Source of the DNA: an uncultured virus (IMG/VR IMGVR_UViG_3300028888_000089)
Taxonomy: Duplodnaviria; Heunggongvirae; Uroviricota; Caudoviricetes
Virus record (IMG/VR): IMGVR_UViG_3300028888_000089
Direction: 5' to 3' (one strand)
Length of the DNA stretch: 64,000 nucleotides
The translations under genes and the position numbers were made by a program. The notes under the pieces are model-generated. The model did not search any database. It was not told where the DNA came from and was given only the letters and a program-made list of their open reading frames with translations. Shown piece by piece: positions 21,657 through 32,270 of this stretch. How positions within the stretch are numbered: the stretch's first letter is position 1; every line of letters begins with the position of its first letter.

Positions 21657-22418
21657 TCAATTATTTAGAATCGAATCGCGAAAAGCAATAGCAGATTCTA
21701 GTGACAAAAAAGAAACACGGTTCACATAAGTATTATGTCTACGAATATGAACTCTAAATTTTCCATTTGCTAATTTTGAAATATGGAACTCACCAGTATT
21801 TGTTTTTGGCTCAAGCTCCTTTTTCGGTTTGGGCTTCGTAATTTTTTTAGGAACTTTAGCGCCGCTTCTTTGAAGAGCTAATTCTAATTGACTCCAAATA
21901 ACACCAGTTTTTGTTATTTGTGGATCGCTTGACCAAAAATCATTAGCTATCATCTTGCCTAATATGGCTTTCTCGACAACCATTAGATTGTCTTTGTTGC
22001 AATTGCTAAGATCGCCATCTAAATGAATAATTGCCATTCCTTTAGGACAATCCACAAGTAATTGCTTGAGCATAACCCATCCTTTTTCAGTTTTAATATA
22101 AGGCTCGCCGCCAGTCTTTTTGCTAATTCTAATGGTCCCTATTTTGCAATAGTCTTTACCAAAATTACTAGCATTTAACCGACGGCGAGTCTCGTCCGTA
22201 ACTTTAAGTTTTAATTTTTCGGCCATGCAGCGAATAGACTCAACCGATCTATTCTCATGAAAAATATCATTGAATCTATTAGTTGTTTCGATTCGGCCAA
22301 GGAGTGGGTAATTTTTTGCGAACCATTCGATTTGCTCTTCGGTGTAACGGCGCCGATTGTTACCCATTAATGAGCTTGTAAGAATGAAGTTCCTCCAAGC
22401 TCTTATTCTGGGCAGCAA
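21657..22418 (-). CDS. HNH endonuclease-like protein with C-terminal AP2-like DNA-binding domain
   Basis: IIHLDGDLSNCNKDNL HNH motif; C-terminal NTG..HI...GKFRVHI...SF.SLESAIAFRD; true start probably MGNNRRR. Confidence 0.6.
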   Translation of the reverse strand: MLPRIRAWRNFILTSSLMGNNRRRYTEEQIEWFAKNYPLLGRIETTNRFNDIFHENRSVESIRCMAEKLKLKVTDETRRRLNASNFGKDYCKIGTIRISKKTGGEPYIKTEKGWVMLKQLLVDCPKGMAIIHLDGDLSNCNKDNLMVVEKAILGKMIANDFWSSDPQITKTGVIWSQLELALQRSGAKVPKKITKPKPKKELEPKTNTGEFHISKLANGKFRVHIRRHNTYVNRVSFLSLESAIAFRDSILNN

Positions 22419-22641
22419 GCTTCTCGATGTTTAAAATCAAAGTTCCGTTATTAATCATCTGCTTACCAAGATGCATGATCAAATAAGACTGTTCGTTATC
22501 AATTTGCCTTTGTTCAGGAGTCTTGTTTTCATCCAGTGTTAAATTAATTCTGCTTCCTAATACCTTCTGAAGCTGCAAAAGAGTCATGCTATCAGAAACA
22601 GTAGATGAAGATGCAGATGTAGATGTAGTTTTACGAGCCAT
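22360..22641 (-). CDS. Hypothetical protein coupled to the HNH gene
   Basis: 93 aa ORF with AAAGGAG RBS. Confidence 0.65.
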   Translation of the reverse strand: MARKTTSTSASSSTVSDSMTLLQLQKVLGSRINLTLDENKTPEQRQIDNEQSYLIMHLGKQMINNGTLILNIEKLAAQNKSLEELHSYKLING

Positions 22642-22670
22642 GGTCCAATGTCTCCTTTCAAAAATATCAA

Positions 22671-23738
22671 TTACTTTTTCTTTTCTTCTTTTGTTTCTTC
22701 TGTTGTGGTTGTCATATCTGTAAGAGTCCTAAGGTCAATAATATTACTTCCGCCTTCGCCAGAAGATACAATCGGGACCTTGCCATCCCATTTCTGAACA
22801 GTGTTGTACTTAATAAGAGACTCGCTCAAAGTAGCCGCAAGTTCCTTATTAGCCTTAGCTTGTGCCTCCGCCTGAACAGCTGTAGAATATGCAGCCGCAT
22901 CAGCATTAATCTTCTTAACATCAGCTGCAGCCTGGGCCTTAATACGATCACGTTCTGCCTGCTTCTCCTGTTCCATAGTCTTCTGTTCCTGCTCAGTCTG
23001 AGACTGCTGTTTCTTCTGAGTTGCTACCTGTTTGGCTTCGACAGCAGATTCAAACGCATCTGTGAAATCGACATTCTCGATAGCAAAGGAAATAACATTA
23101 ATGCCCTTTTCTTCAAGCTCCGTTCTTAAGAGCTCTTGAATCTGATCAGCAGCATTCTGTCTATTTTCAATGAGATTCTCAGCAGTATATTTAGCAATGA
23201 CAATCTTAACGTCTTCATATACACGAGGCTGAACAAGAATCTCAGGATAGTTCACACCAACATTCTTATAGAGATCCATAGCGGTGGATTTGTTAATGTT
23301 AATATTAATGGATCCCTGAATCTCGACTTGCTGAATGTCTTTAGAGAATGCCTCAAGCTGGAACGGAGAACGCTGTTCACGATTATCCATGTTAACAACA
23401 TTCTGCCAAGGAAGCTTAATGTTAAATCCAGAAGGAAGAACGTCATCTTCAACTTTTCCGAATGTCGTCTTAATACCGGTATGCCCCGTAGGAACAATCG
23501 CTACCAAACTAATAATGAAAAACATCAATGCAAGAACAAAGGCAATCAAAGGAATAATAGTCCGCAACTTTTTACATTTTGTTGCTTCTTCACGAATCTC
23601 ATCGACTTCGTATTTTCCCCATCTTTGCGGTTCGTTCTCCATTGCTTTTACTTTTTTCTCACATGTCACAATGTTACGAGAAAGAATCACCCCGACAATA
23701 ATTCCAATAATAACAAAGCAAATTGCAACAATAAACAT
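22671..23738 (-). CDS. SPFH / band-7 / prohibitin family membrane protein
   Basis: Two TM segments; VPTGHTG..FGKV, PWQ, SKDIQ, AVEAKQ and KWDGKVP motifs. Confidence 0.9.
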   Translation of the reverse strand: MFIVAICFVIIGIIVGVILSRNIVTCEKKVKAMENEPQRWGKYEVDEIREEATKCKKLRTIIPLIAFVLALMFFIISLVAIVPTGHTGIKTTFGKVEDDVLPSGFNIKLPWQNVVNMDNREQRSPFQLEAFSKDIQQVEIQGSINININKSTAMDLYKNVGVNYPEILVQPRVYEDVKIVIAKYTAENLIENRQNAADQIQELLRTELEEKGINVISFAIENVDFTDAFESAVEAKQVATQKKQQSQTEQEQKTMEQEKQAERDRIKAQAAADVKKINADAAAYSTAVQAEAQAKANKELAATLSESLIKYNTVQKWDGKVPIVSSGEGGSNIIDLRTLTDMTTTTEETKEEKKK

Positions 23739-24106
23739 TGGTCCTTAATCTCCTTTTAGTTATTAAAATTGTGTTGGACGATAGGTAGATTCAAGCTCAA
23801 TGCAAACAATCTCGTATTTATCGTCATTGAGATACAGAGTAGCCTTCTCGATAGCATCATCTATATTATTTGCATTCACCATAATATCAACATTGTGCTG
23901 AGCTCTACAGATAGGCACGCCTTCTTCTTTATAACCGTCTACTTTTTTCTCGGCACGAACATGATAATTTTTGAATTCGATCCTCTTCATGAAATGTCAT
24001 CCTTTCTAATAATAAATAATGCCCCTAAAAAGGGGCGATGCTACTGCAAAACGCCTGTCCCTGTTTGGACTTCCTGCATAACATCACCACCTTTCTGGGG
24101 AAAATA

Positions 24107-25030
24107 TCAGTTAAACTCCATGAGCTCGCCAGTTTCCTTCTTTTCAGTAAGTCCCTGAATAGCTTCTTTGACTACTACAGCAGTGCTGCCATCCCAGGAA
24201 CCAACGACTTCATCAATAGTTTTACCAGACATTGTTTCAAGAATAGAAACAATAATCTGCGGAATCTTGGTGTAATCGGATACCGGAATCATTCTTTCTC
24301 CAAGAAGCTGGCGCCATTCTTTTTCGACTTCATTCTTATTCCGTCCATGCTGAACATTCCAGCCTTCGCGTAATACTAAATGAAAGATCTCCCATTCGCG
24401 ATTGGCTTTTGTAAGGATTTCTTCAACAGATAAATCTTTAGAGATCTCACTGCTATTTCCAAATATCCTAATAAGATCGTCCTTGGAAATGGACTTCGGA
24501 TAGCTATCGTCACCCATTGTGAAAATGAAGCCCTTCTTCCCACGCTTCTTGAAATTATCGCAAGAGGTATGATTGGCTGCAAAATACCAGGTTAAAGGAT
24601 AGCTTTCGAAACAATTCCCACCTCCGCCTTCTTCGAACCAAAGATCTGTAAGCTGCTTAGCAATACGAATATCACTCTCGAACTGAGTGACTTGAAGCGG
24701 ACATCTATCGAAGTCATGGTCCCCAATGGCATTAAACATGATCTGAGGATCCGAAACAGGCTTCCTGTCAAGAATCTCAAGCACCATGTCACCGAGCGTC
24801 TCAGCAACCTGATGAAGAATATCTTCCATACTTCCGGTCACATCGAGACCGATAATAATAGGAGTAGAATTCGGATGATCATCACTGTCGCAGCTCTCAC
24901 GAATAACCCCTCTAGGAGAATATTCGCTCTTCATTCCAGTGGAGCTATAAATCTGCCTTGTGGATTTGTTATTAATGCTACTTGTAGCATAATTTTTCCA
25001 ATCCTCGGATGTAAAATTACCAGCGCCCAT
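24107..25030 (-). CDS. von Willebrand factor A domain protein
   Basis: MIDAS DVTGSM, GGGGN and TMGD motifs. Confidence 0.85.
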   Translation of the reverse strand: MGAGNFTSEDWKNYATSSINNKSTRQIYSSTGMKSEYSPRGVIRESCDSDDHPNSTPIIIGLDVTGSMEDILHQVAETLGDMVLEILDRKPVSDPQIMFNAIGDHDFDRCPLQVTQFESDIRIAKQLTDLWFEEGGGGNCFESYPLTWYFAANHTSCDNFKKRGKKGFIFTMGDDSYPKSISKDDLIRIFGNSSEISKDLSVEEILTKANREWEIFHLVLREGWNVQHGRNKNEVEKEWRQLLGERMIPVSDYTKIPQIIVSILETMSGKTIDEVVGSWDGSTAVVVKEAIQGLTEKKETGELMEFN

Positions 25031-25031
25031 C

Positions 25032-25292
25032 TTATTTTTCCTCCTTTTCTACTTCTTCATAAGTGGCTTTGAAAATATCATCTTTGCATGGATACATTTC
25101 GCCTTCGACACCAGTGATAATCCAATCGCCAGGATAAGCTTTCATATCACCCTCCAGTGTATGAATAACCATAGGTGCATTTGTCTGGTAGGCCTCGACT
25201 ACAACAGGAATCTTTCTATAAAGCCTAGGCACTGTCTGATAAGTCGGTTTTTCAGCCATTTCTTCAAAATTGACATCATTCGATACGCCCAT
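25032..25292 (-). CDS. PGDYG-like phage protein
   Basis: [20 protein letters not shown] and YPCK.DIF..TY motifs. Confidence 0.75.
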   Translation of the reverse strand: MGVSNDVNFEEMAEKPTYQTVPRLYRKIPVVVEAYQTNAPMVIHTLEGDMKAYPGDWIITGVEGEMYPCKDDIFKATYEEVEKEEK

Positions 25293-25307
25293 TGTTGTTT
25301 GCTCCTT

Positions 25308-26309
25308 TCAATTCTTATATATCTCATCGGGATCAACCGTGAGAATCTGGAATTTTCTAGCGCCATATGCTTCATTCAAAGCCTGGTCCCATCGCTTGAA
25401 TTCCTCATACGGATTACCTAAGCTACCAGCATTAACCCAATCTGCTATAGGCTTTGGAATATCTTTTTTGCCATTGATTAGTTTTCTGAAGATGATCCTT
25501 ACAGATTCCGCATCAGTAACAGGATCTGAAACTTTATTTGTTCTCGATGTCATCGGCATTAACTCATAAATATCTTTTGTTGTGCCGAGTAGCTTTTCTC
25601 CAGAAAACGTCGAGTACCACCAACCACCATAAATAGAGATGGTATGCAAATTAGGGTTAATGAATAAATTCTCAGGCTTTATAGAATTCATAACGATATT
25701 GTTATGGTGCAGAAAGCAAAGAAGATCGCACATTCGAGAAATCATCCAGGCAATATCTCTGCCGGTTAATGACCATCCATATGCTGAAATAAAAGAATCC
25801 ATCGGATAATCATCACTAAGAAGCCTATTAACATAAATAGCTGATGGTGTAGTTTCTTTTATGATAGGCATTTTAGGCTTGTACTTATCCAGCATCTTGG
25901 AGTCATCATATTGAATTCTTCTGACCATCGTAACAAATTGATCTCTGTATTTCTCTTTTCCAGGATCAAATATGTATACGACGCTATCCTGTGTGACGTA
26001 TCTCCACCCGAGTTCAAACTTTTTCCTGTTTAAATACTTTATTCCTTTTGGGTTTCCAGGAATCCATAAGACCTCATTCTCTTCCCAGATACCGTTCTTA
26101 ATGTTTTCAAGAGCTCGATAATACAAATTATTAAGCTTGGTGAATGCCTCAACAGCCCCTTGCTCATGACAAATATCAGGGTGAATTGCCTTAGCAAAAA
26201 GTCTGTATTTTTCTTTAACAAGAGCCTCATTATTATCAAAAAGGTCCCCACAGTAGTTAGCTGCGAGGACCTTATTGATCATAGTGCTTGCTTTATCGAG
26301 TTCCATCAT
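25308..26309 (-). CDS. J-domain fused to a degenerate protein-kinase-like domain
   Basis: YRLFAKAIHPD J-domain motif; LH..NIVMNSIKPENLFI resembles HRDIKPEN without the catalytic Asp; YGG in place of DFG. Confidence 0.7.
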   Translation of the reverse strand: MMELDKASTMINKVLAANYCGDLFDNNEALVKEKYRLFAKAIHPDICHEQGAVEAFTKLNNLYYRALENIKNGIWEENEVLWIPGNPKGIKYLNRKKFELGWRYVTQDSVVYIFDPGKEKYRDQFVTMVRRIQYDDSKMLDKYKPKMPIIKETTPSAIYVNRLLSDDYPMDSFISAYGWSLTGRDIAWMISRMCDLLCFLHHNNIVMNSIKPENLFINPNLHTISIYGGWWYSTFSGEKLLGTTKDIYELMPMTSRTNKVSDPVTDAESVRIIFRKLINGKKDIPKPIADWVNAGSLGNPYEEFKRWDQALNEAYGARKFQILTVDPDEIYKN

Positions 26310-26968
26310 TCTTCCTCCATAGGAACTATATCCTCGAAGAGTGCAGGAAGTTTCATTCTTAATTCATTAAGAAGGGGAACTGCAACTTCAAGCATTTGCG
26401 GATGCGGTTTTCCAGTGGTTCCGGCTGCACGAAGCTTCAAGAAATGACGCCATTCACGAATATTTGCAGTCATAACGACCTCCGTTTTAAGGCTGTTTGG
26501 CAGTACAGATCTAGCTTCCTGCGGTGTTGCACCTTCATCGAGCATGCCAAAATAACTAAATTCAGCAAGCTTGCATGTGCAATACCAATGCCTAAATTCC
26601 CTATCATCCTCTGGTTTTTTCTTAAGAAAAACGGGCCTAACAACGGTAACCTCATTGCCAAATTTGTCTTTGCTATAGTTACAATATCTTGTACTTTCCT
26701 GAGCAAAGCTGGCTAAACGATGGCGAACAAGCTCGTGACTGATTCCACGGTCGACCGTAAACTTTACAGTAAGAGAAGCATGCTCGAGCATGGCCTCATG
26801 ACCACGCTTGATAAGCCGCTTGATGAATTCCTCAGGACCATCTTTTGACGCCTCGCTTTTATAGCATACGCGCCCCACTGTTTCGATCCGATTGTAAATA
26901 TCTTTTACAACTTGAGGGTCGTTAAGATCAATAAACATGATCTCATAGCCTGCATCAATGATTTTCAT
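26306..26968 (-). CDS. thyX: FAD-dependent thymidylate synthase
   Basis: ELVRHRLASFAQESTRY signature, GH..MLEH, ARSVLP and NIREWRHF motifs. Confidence 0.95.
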   Translation of the reverse strand: MKIIDAGYEIMFIDLNDPQVVKDIYNRIETVGRVCYKSEASKDGPEEFIKRLIKRGHEAMLEHASLTVKFTVDRGISHELVRHRLASFAQESTRYCNYSKDKFGNEVTVVRPVFLKKKPEDDREFRHWYCTCKLAEFSYFGMLDEGATPQEARSVLPNSLKTEVVMTANIREWRHFLKLRAAGTTGKPHPQMLEVAVPLLNELRMKLPALFEDIVPMEEE

Positions 26969-27170
26969 ATATCTGGTCCTTTCTAAATATAATTATTGAT
27001 GTCCCCTACTAAGAGAATAAGCGATCCTTTCAAGAGCGTCGGTAATTCTTTGCATCTGGTTATTGAGTTTAACCAATTCTTCAGTCTGCTTCCTTGCCTC
27101 GAATACAGCATCCGAATTCTGATCTTGAATATTGTTTAATATCTCTTCAAAATTCGGTTGGCCTTTAGGC

Positions 27171-27608
27171 TCATTCGTCTCCACCGGACAAGACTTCTTC
27201 TCCTCCATTATCCTCATTGACCTCCTCTTCTTCACTTTCCTGTTGCTCCATGAGGTCTTCCGTTGTAGTGCCAATATCATCGATTTCATCATACTGCTTT
27301 AAATCATTCGGGCCGATGAGATTTGCAGTTTCTTTATACTTCGCAAACATTGTACAAAGCTTCTTCCACTTCATAGTCTCATCGTGAATGACATTTTTAG
27401 CAATACGCATAGCTTCAGGATCGCCTTCTGGCGGAATATCTACGAAGTTTTTCTTTGTGCGCATTGCAATGAGGCCAAACATTTCTTTCTTGAAGGCATC
27501 AATAAGTTGGCGCCGAATCATCCAGCGATCGGCGCCTTTTCCAATACCATGCACAGCATACTTTTCAAAATACTGATCCGCGCTAAGAACAATTACTCCT
27601 TCTTGCAT
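27171..27608 (-). CDS. Hypothetical protein
   Basis: 145 aa ORF; start abuts the upstream stop. Confidence 0.6.
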   Translation of the reverse strand: MQEGVIVLSADQYFEKYAVHGIGKGADRWMIRRQLIDAFKKEMFGLIAMRTKKNFVDIPPEGDPEAMRIAKNVIHDETMKWKKLCTMFAKYKETANLIGPNDLKQYDEIDDIGTTTEDLMEQQESEEEEVNEDNGGEEVLSGGDE

Positions 27609-28696
27609 TAGTCATCCGCCTCTTTCTTATCTTTCTTATCTTTTTTATCTTTCTTTCTTTCGACAACAGTCGTTTCTTTGACCATCTTGCAAACCTGGGT
27701 ATTATTACCAAACATCTTTTTAGCTAATGCCGCACAGAATGCATTGTAAACATTGTGAATCTCGCCTTCGGACTTCCTCACAATAGTCTTAGTTCCATCA
27801 CTCCAGAAAACAATGGTGCAAGGACCATTCACAATGATGCGCTTAGGGCAGAATGTGCTCCTCTTAACAAGAGAATTAAGGAACTGATTATGTTTAACTT
27901 TTTCCAACTGAGCCTTTTCCTTATTAATCCTCTTCTGCTCCCTTTTCGTAAGTGTCTTTTCGCTGGTCTTGTAGGAAGCGGCAGCGAATCCACAGCAATC
28001 AAAATCGAACTTTTTATAAGGCATTTTCTTTTCCTCCGTTACTATTTTAAAATCAAGATCTTCATATGCATTACATGGCGTGAACTTTTTTATGAACTGC
28101 TTATGATCAATTTCACCAGTTGGCTTATAATATATTTCATTCACTGTTGTAATATTTTTTTCTTCTTTTCTTACATAAGCCATTTCTGGTTGCACAGACT
28201 GATCATGCAAGCAATTTGCGTTGTTCGTCCATTCTTTTTGATACACTATTGCACCGTCATCAGTTACTCCGCGTACTTCTCTAAAATATACATAAGGACG
28301 CCCAAATGGTCCAATGTAACACCGATCAAATGGATTTATTCTTTTCCAATTTGTAAACTCAAGCTTTGTATATATTATTCCCTTATATTTGTATATTGGA
28401 AGAGCAGCTGAGATGCTAGATGAAGTCGATGCCGATCCAGGTAGATCTTTTTCTTTAAGAAATTCCATAGCTGATTCACATGGATCTCTCATGCTACAAA
28501 AATCTAAACCTATTTCATCCATATCTTTCTTTTTTATTGAAATAGATAGCTTTGCATCTTCGGCAGTTATTCCACTGTACTTATACTCAAATGGTGCTGA
28601 ATCTACTGTAACTCCGCATGATGCCAAATTAGAAATATAACCGAGATCGACCGGAGGTAGACCTAGACCATTAGTAGTTAATTCTATTTCGGCCAT
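27608..28696 (-). CDS. Hypothetical phage protein
   Basis: 362 aa; C-terminal TIVFWSDGTKTIV..AKK phage domain. Confidence 0.7.
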   Translation of the reverse strand: MAEIELTTNGLGLPPVDLGYISNLASCGVTVDSAPFEYKYSGITAEDAKLSISIKKKDMDEIGLDFCSMRDPCESAMEFLKEKDLPGSASTSSSISAALPIYKYKGIIYTKLEFTNWKRINPFDRCYIGPFGRPYVYFREVRGVTDDGAIVYQKEWTNNANCLHDQSVQPEMAYVRKEEKNITTVNEIYYKPTGEIDHKQFIKKFTPCNAYEDLDFKIVTEEKKMPYKKFDFDCCGFAAASYKTSEKTLTKREQKRINKEKAQLEKVKHNQFLNSLVKRSTFCPKRIIVNGPCTIVFWSDGTKTIVRKSEGEIHNVYNAFCAALAKKMFGNNTQVCKMVKETTVVERKKDKKDKKDKKEADD

Positions 28697-29037
28697 TATT
28701 TTTTCTCCTTCTTTTTATTTCGTCCATAACGATCCACAAGATAGCTGATACAGAGAGCTGTTTCTTCATCTTCTTTATCTGGTTTTAAAGAATACCCGCG
28801 ATCGTAATCTGCGGTGCTCTTGCCATCTTTATTGAGCTTTAAGAAAAATATCCTACTAGACTGGATTCCAAAACAACTCTCTCCTTTGCTCCTTTTCATG
28901 ACGTATTCCATCTTGTGCCCATTGATCATCACTGAACCTTTTTCTTCAGGATAAACATTTTTAGCCATACTAAAGCTCCTTTAAAAATATAATAGAGAAG
29001 GAATGCGAGATCTCTGTCTCAACTTAATTCCTTCTCT

Positions 29038-29850
29038 TTAAATGTTGATAGGCCATGGCGTGAACCTAACGACGCCAACCATTTCTCTTCCCCAAGGAAG
29101 ATCCATCCATTCGCTTGAGATTACAAAGTGAATATAATCATTACTTTCAATGAAATCAGCAATGTCCCAGCCCATATTTGAACCCATATCAGTTATAGGC
29201 AGATCCAGAACTTCTTGTGCCTCGCTGACATGCACGAATTCAGCAACTCCCCAGGATTTTGCCTTTTCTTCAAATATCTTTGATAACTTCGCTTCAGCAA
29301 GTTCGACTCCATTCCAATCGCTATAGAACCATTGTCCTGTTGAAGCGCAGAAGAACAATTTGCTACCTTTACCAGTGGCTATAATATCTTTTTGATCCTT
29401 TGGTGCGTGTTCCTTTGCTAATTCCGCCTCTGCCTCGTCAACAGCTTTCTGGGTCTTCTTAGGACCAATTTGTTCTGACATCTTCTCTTCGATCTTCTTA
29501 ATTGTTTCGACGCTTCCACTGTATGCACTTGTGAGCACAGCAAGTCGCTTTGCATTAATCTTGCCATTGCAAAGTATTGCGGTAGTCGTCAGAATAGCCA
29601 AGCCGATTGTTGGAATATAACATTTCCATACCGTTTCAATGACTTCTTTGGTCCCAGATACTTTCTTTTCTTCGCAAAGCTTGACTGCTTTGATTGTTCC
29701 TTTAATTGCGACGATTGTGGTTACAATTACGCCTGTCGCACTAATCATCGTTAAAATAACATTGCTATTTTTACTTATAAACCGCAATGTGTTCTTACTA
29801 ACTTTCACAATAGGCTGCATAAATTTAGTCATGGCCAATGATTTACTCAT
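29038..29850 (-). CDS. DUF6353-like phage membrane protein (paralog 2)
   Basis: ILT...GVI.T...A...T.KA and WKCYIPT patterns. Confidence 0.65.
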   Translation of the reverse strand: MSKSLAMTKFMQPIVKVSKNTLRFISKNSNVILTMISATGVIVTTIVAIKGTIKAVKLCEEKKVSGTKEVIETVWKCYIPTIGLAILTTTAILCNGKINAKRLAVLTSAYSGSVETIKKIEEKMSEQIGPKKTQKAVDEAEAELAKEHAPKDQKDIIATGKGSKLFFCASTGQWFYSDWNGVELAEAKLSKIFEEKAKSWGVAEFVHVSEAQEVLDLPITDMGSNMGWDIADFIESNDYIHFVISSEWMDLPWGREMVGVVRFTPWPINI

Positions 29851-30782
29851 GTTGTTCTTCGTCTCCTTTATTCTTCGTCCTCGGGATCGATTCTAGAGCT
29901 GTTGCCATCTGCTTCATCAGATTCGATATCACCATCTTCATCTTCGTCTCGCCCCAGATCTTCCCAATCCCGAATCCGATCATCGCCGAGAGAATTATCG
30001 CCATCACTATGTTCGCTGTGCTCAAATACAAGTACACCTTCTTTCCATTTATTGAATTCTTTTTCTGTTTCTTGATAAGAGTCTTTAATCTTTCTTAAGT
30101 CCGCTTCAAATCGTTTTCGTTCTTCCTCGAGCTCTTTTCTCGCACTCATAACAAGACCCCTTTCAAAAAATAAGAGACAATGGTCATTGGACCACTGTCT
30201 CCATGTACGAAAGCACTACGCTTTCAATTTTCTTTCCGAAAGCCTTCCGGACTATCGGATTCGAAGCAACTTTAAAGACAGCATCCATTTTGACTGGTAT
30301 ACGAATAGGAAACTTATCCTCTGAAAGATTACTTAAATCAACACCTTTCAGTAGATCTAGCCTTTTCGCCTCAGTCAGGAATGCATCCAGTTCACTTCTT
30401 TCCGTGATTTCCAGAATCATCGCTTTCACCTCCTCATTAAGAGGGATGTTTATCAAGCGAGTAAATCATCGTTACCGAACCATTTTCTTCTTATCCATTA
30501 GCCATTTTCTGAAATCTTCATCATTTGGATCATCTGTGATTTCATAATTGACGGTGGGAAGAAACGCATTCATAACATTTCTAAATTTTTCTTCCTCTTC
30601 TTGGCTGTGAAGAACAACCCTATTTGTCATTCCTGATTTTTCTTTTTCAAAATCCTCAACGCATCTTTTTATTTCGTTATAACTGAGCTCAATAATACCA
30701 ACTCCACTCATAGCTTTAAGAAATTCACGCTGGTTTTTAGATTCATCAGGACCAAAATATACAGCCGCATACCTTTCCATGA

Positions 30783-31412
30783 TTATTCCTCCATAGCTCG
30801 TTTATAACGGCGCTCTTTTTTCTTGCTTGTCTTCATAATATAATCAGAATATTGTTCATAATCAGAAAAGTACATATGTTTGAAAGTCGTAACGTCGATA
30901 CAATCTTCCCCTTTTGCGAACTCGTATTCATTTGTGGAGACAACAAAATACACATCACAGCCAGCATTGTCATCAATCACGGTATCTTTTAAAACTTTAA
31001 TTTGCCGTATGCCGTCAATTGATAACCCAGATCCAACTGTATCTAATAATATCCAAATTTCTTTTGGTTTTTTAGATCTAATTTTTGACCGAATTGATGC
31101 AGCAAATGTGCCGACCCCATATATAATTTTTTCGCCTTCGGATTTCATCCACATATTAGCCATTTGGGTCATGTCGCCTCTCCATGCGAAAAACGACATT
31201 AAATTATCTCCACCTTCTGCTCGGTCATCATATTCTAAAACCAGAATATCCTTATTCTTTTGTAAAGCATACTTTACAAATCTCATTAATGTAGATTTAC
31301 CAGAGCCATTGCATCCAACTAAAACAGTCATTCCAGGATTAAATTCGACAGTTTTTCTTAGAAACAGCCTATCATCATATGGTCGAGTTGGCACATTAAT
31401 AATTTTGCTCAT
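30783..31412 (-). CDS. ABC-type/AAA ATPase
   Basis: LVGCNGSGKST Walker A, SEGE signature-like motif, ILLD...SGLS Walker B. Confidence 0.75.
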   Translation of the reverse strand: MSKIINVPTRPYDDRLFLRKTVEFNPGMTVLVGCNGSGKSTLMRFVKYALQKNKDILVLEYDDRAEGGDNLMSFFAWRGDMTQMANMWMKSEGEKIIYGVGTFAASIRSKIRSKKPKEIWILLDTVGSGLSIDGIRQIKVLKDTVIDDNAGCDVYFVVSTNEYEFAKGEDCIDVTTFKHMYFSDYEQYSDYIMKTSKKKERRYKRAMEE

Positions 31413-31439
31413 TTACAAGCCCTCCATAAAAAATAAAAA

Positions 31440-31643
31440 AAGAAGTATAATTTTCCAGGCTTCGAACCTGGGTCTCCGGACACGTCCCCTCACCCATAAA
31501 TCGCTATGAGGTTTCATTGCTACTATCCGACGCTCTTAAGAATTTCTTCTTCTCCATTGAGCTATTAGACGGCTAGTTTTAAAAACTGGTCTTGCCGAAG
31601 CTCACAGCCCTCCGTCGGGTTTATACTCCCAATTATGCTTCTT
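31440..31643 (-). ncRNA. Enlarged tRNA-like RNA in its own promoter-terminator unit
   Basis: 13-bp terminal stem; TAGCTCAATGG...GAGC D-arm; CCAGG-TTCGAAG-CCTGG T-arm; promoter motif at 31644-31668; U-tract after. Confidence 0.55.
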
Positions 31644-31648
31644 CATTA

Positions 31649-32071
31649 TTATGAATGTTCATCATGCGTGTCCTCAGACTCAAGTTCTATTGATTCCACA
31701 TAAGCAGATTCGAATTTACCAACACATATAGCTCCAGAAACAATATTCGCCTTCGCTACAATTTTACTATCTTTTTCTTGCCTACGAACTCTATTGCAAT
31801 AGACCCCGATATAGCAATCATCTGTCCACGCTGTTTTTTCATCTAGAGCTTTTTTAGCAGCTTCTGTATTAGCAGAATGAAAAATATAATACACACCATC
31901 ATCTCGATAGTCTAATTCGCAATATCCTATTTCATCTTGACGATCATGAAAAAATGACTGCGTAACTGGAATAGTTTTATTACTCTCATCGAACGCGCCT
32001 TTTAAAATTATTGTTCCGTCAGGCCATTTTATTCCATATTTAATTAAACATCCACGTATAGCTTTAATCAT
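31649..32071 (-). CDS. Degenerate HK97-type prohead-protease-like domain
   Basis: DG.II.KGAF, TIPV, IG..EL..RDDGVY and .GVYCN pattern; catalytic His/Ser positions appear substituted. Confidence 0.45.
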   Translation of the reverse strand: MIKAIRGCLIKYGIKWPDGTIILKGAFDESNKTIPVTQSFFHDRQDEIGYCELDYRDDGVYYIFHSANTEAAKKALDEKTAWTDDCYIGVYCNRVRRQEKDSKIVAKANIVSGAICVGKFESAYVESIELESEDTHDEHS

Positions 32072-32270
32072 ATATTATTAGCCTCCTGGGCTTTCTTTAT
32101 GAAGATCTAATATTGCATGGCACTTATCTACATGTCTGCACTCTATACGATTAATGACAGTCACTGGCTTTGTCCCAGCCCCAGCATATACTTCTTGTCT
32201 CTTCACAATAATGCTTAATTCAGGACACACTTTGCATTTTTCACCAATACACAAAACTGGCATGTCAATG

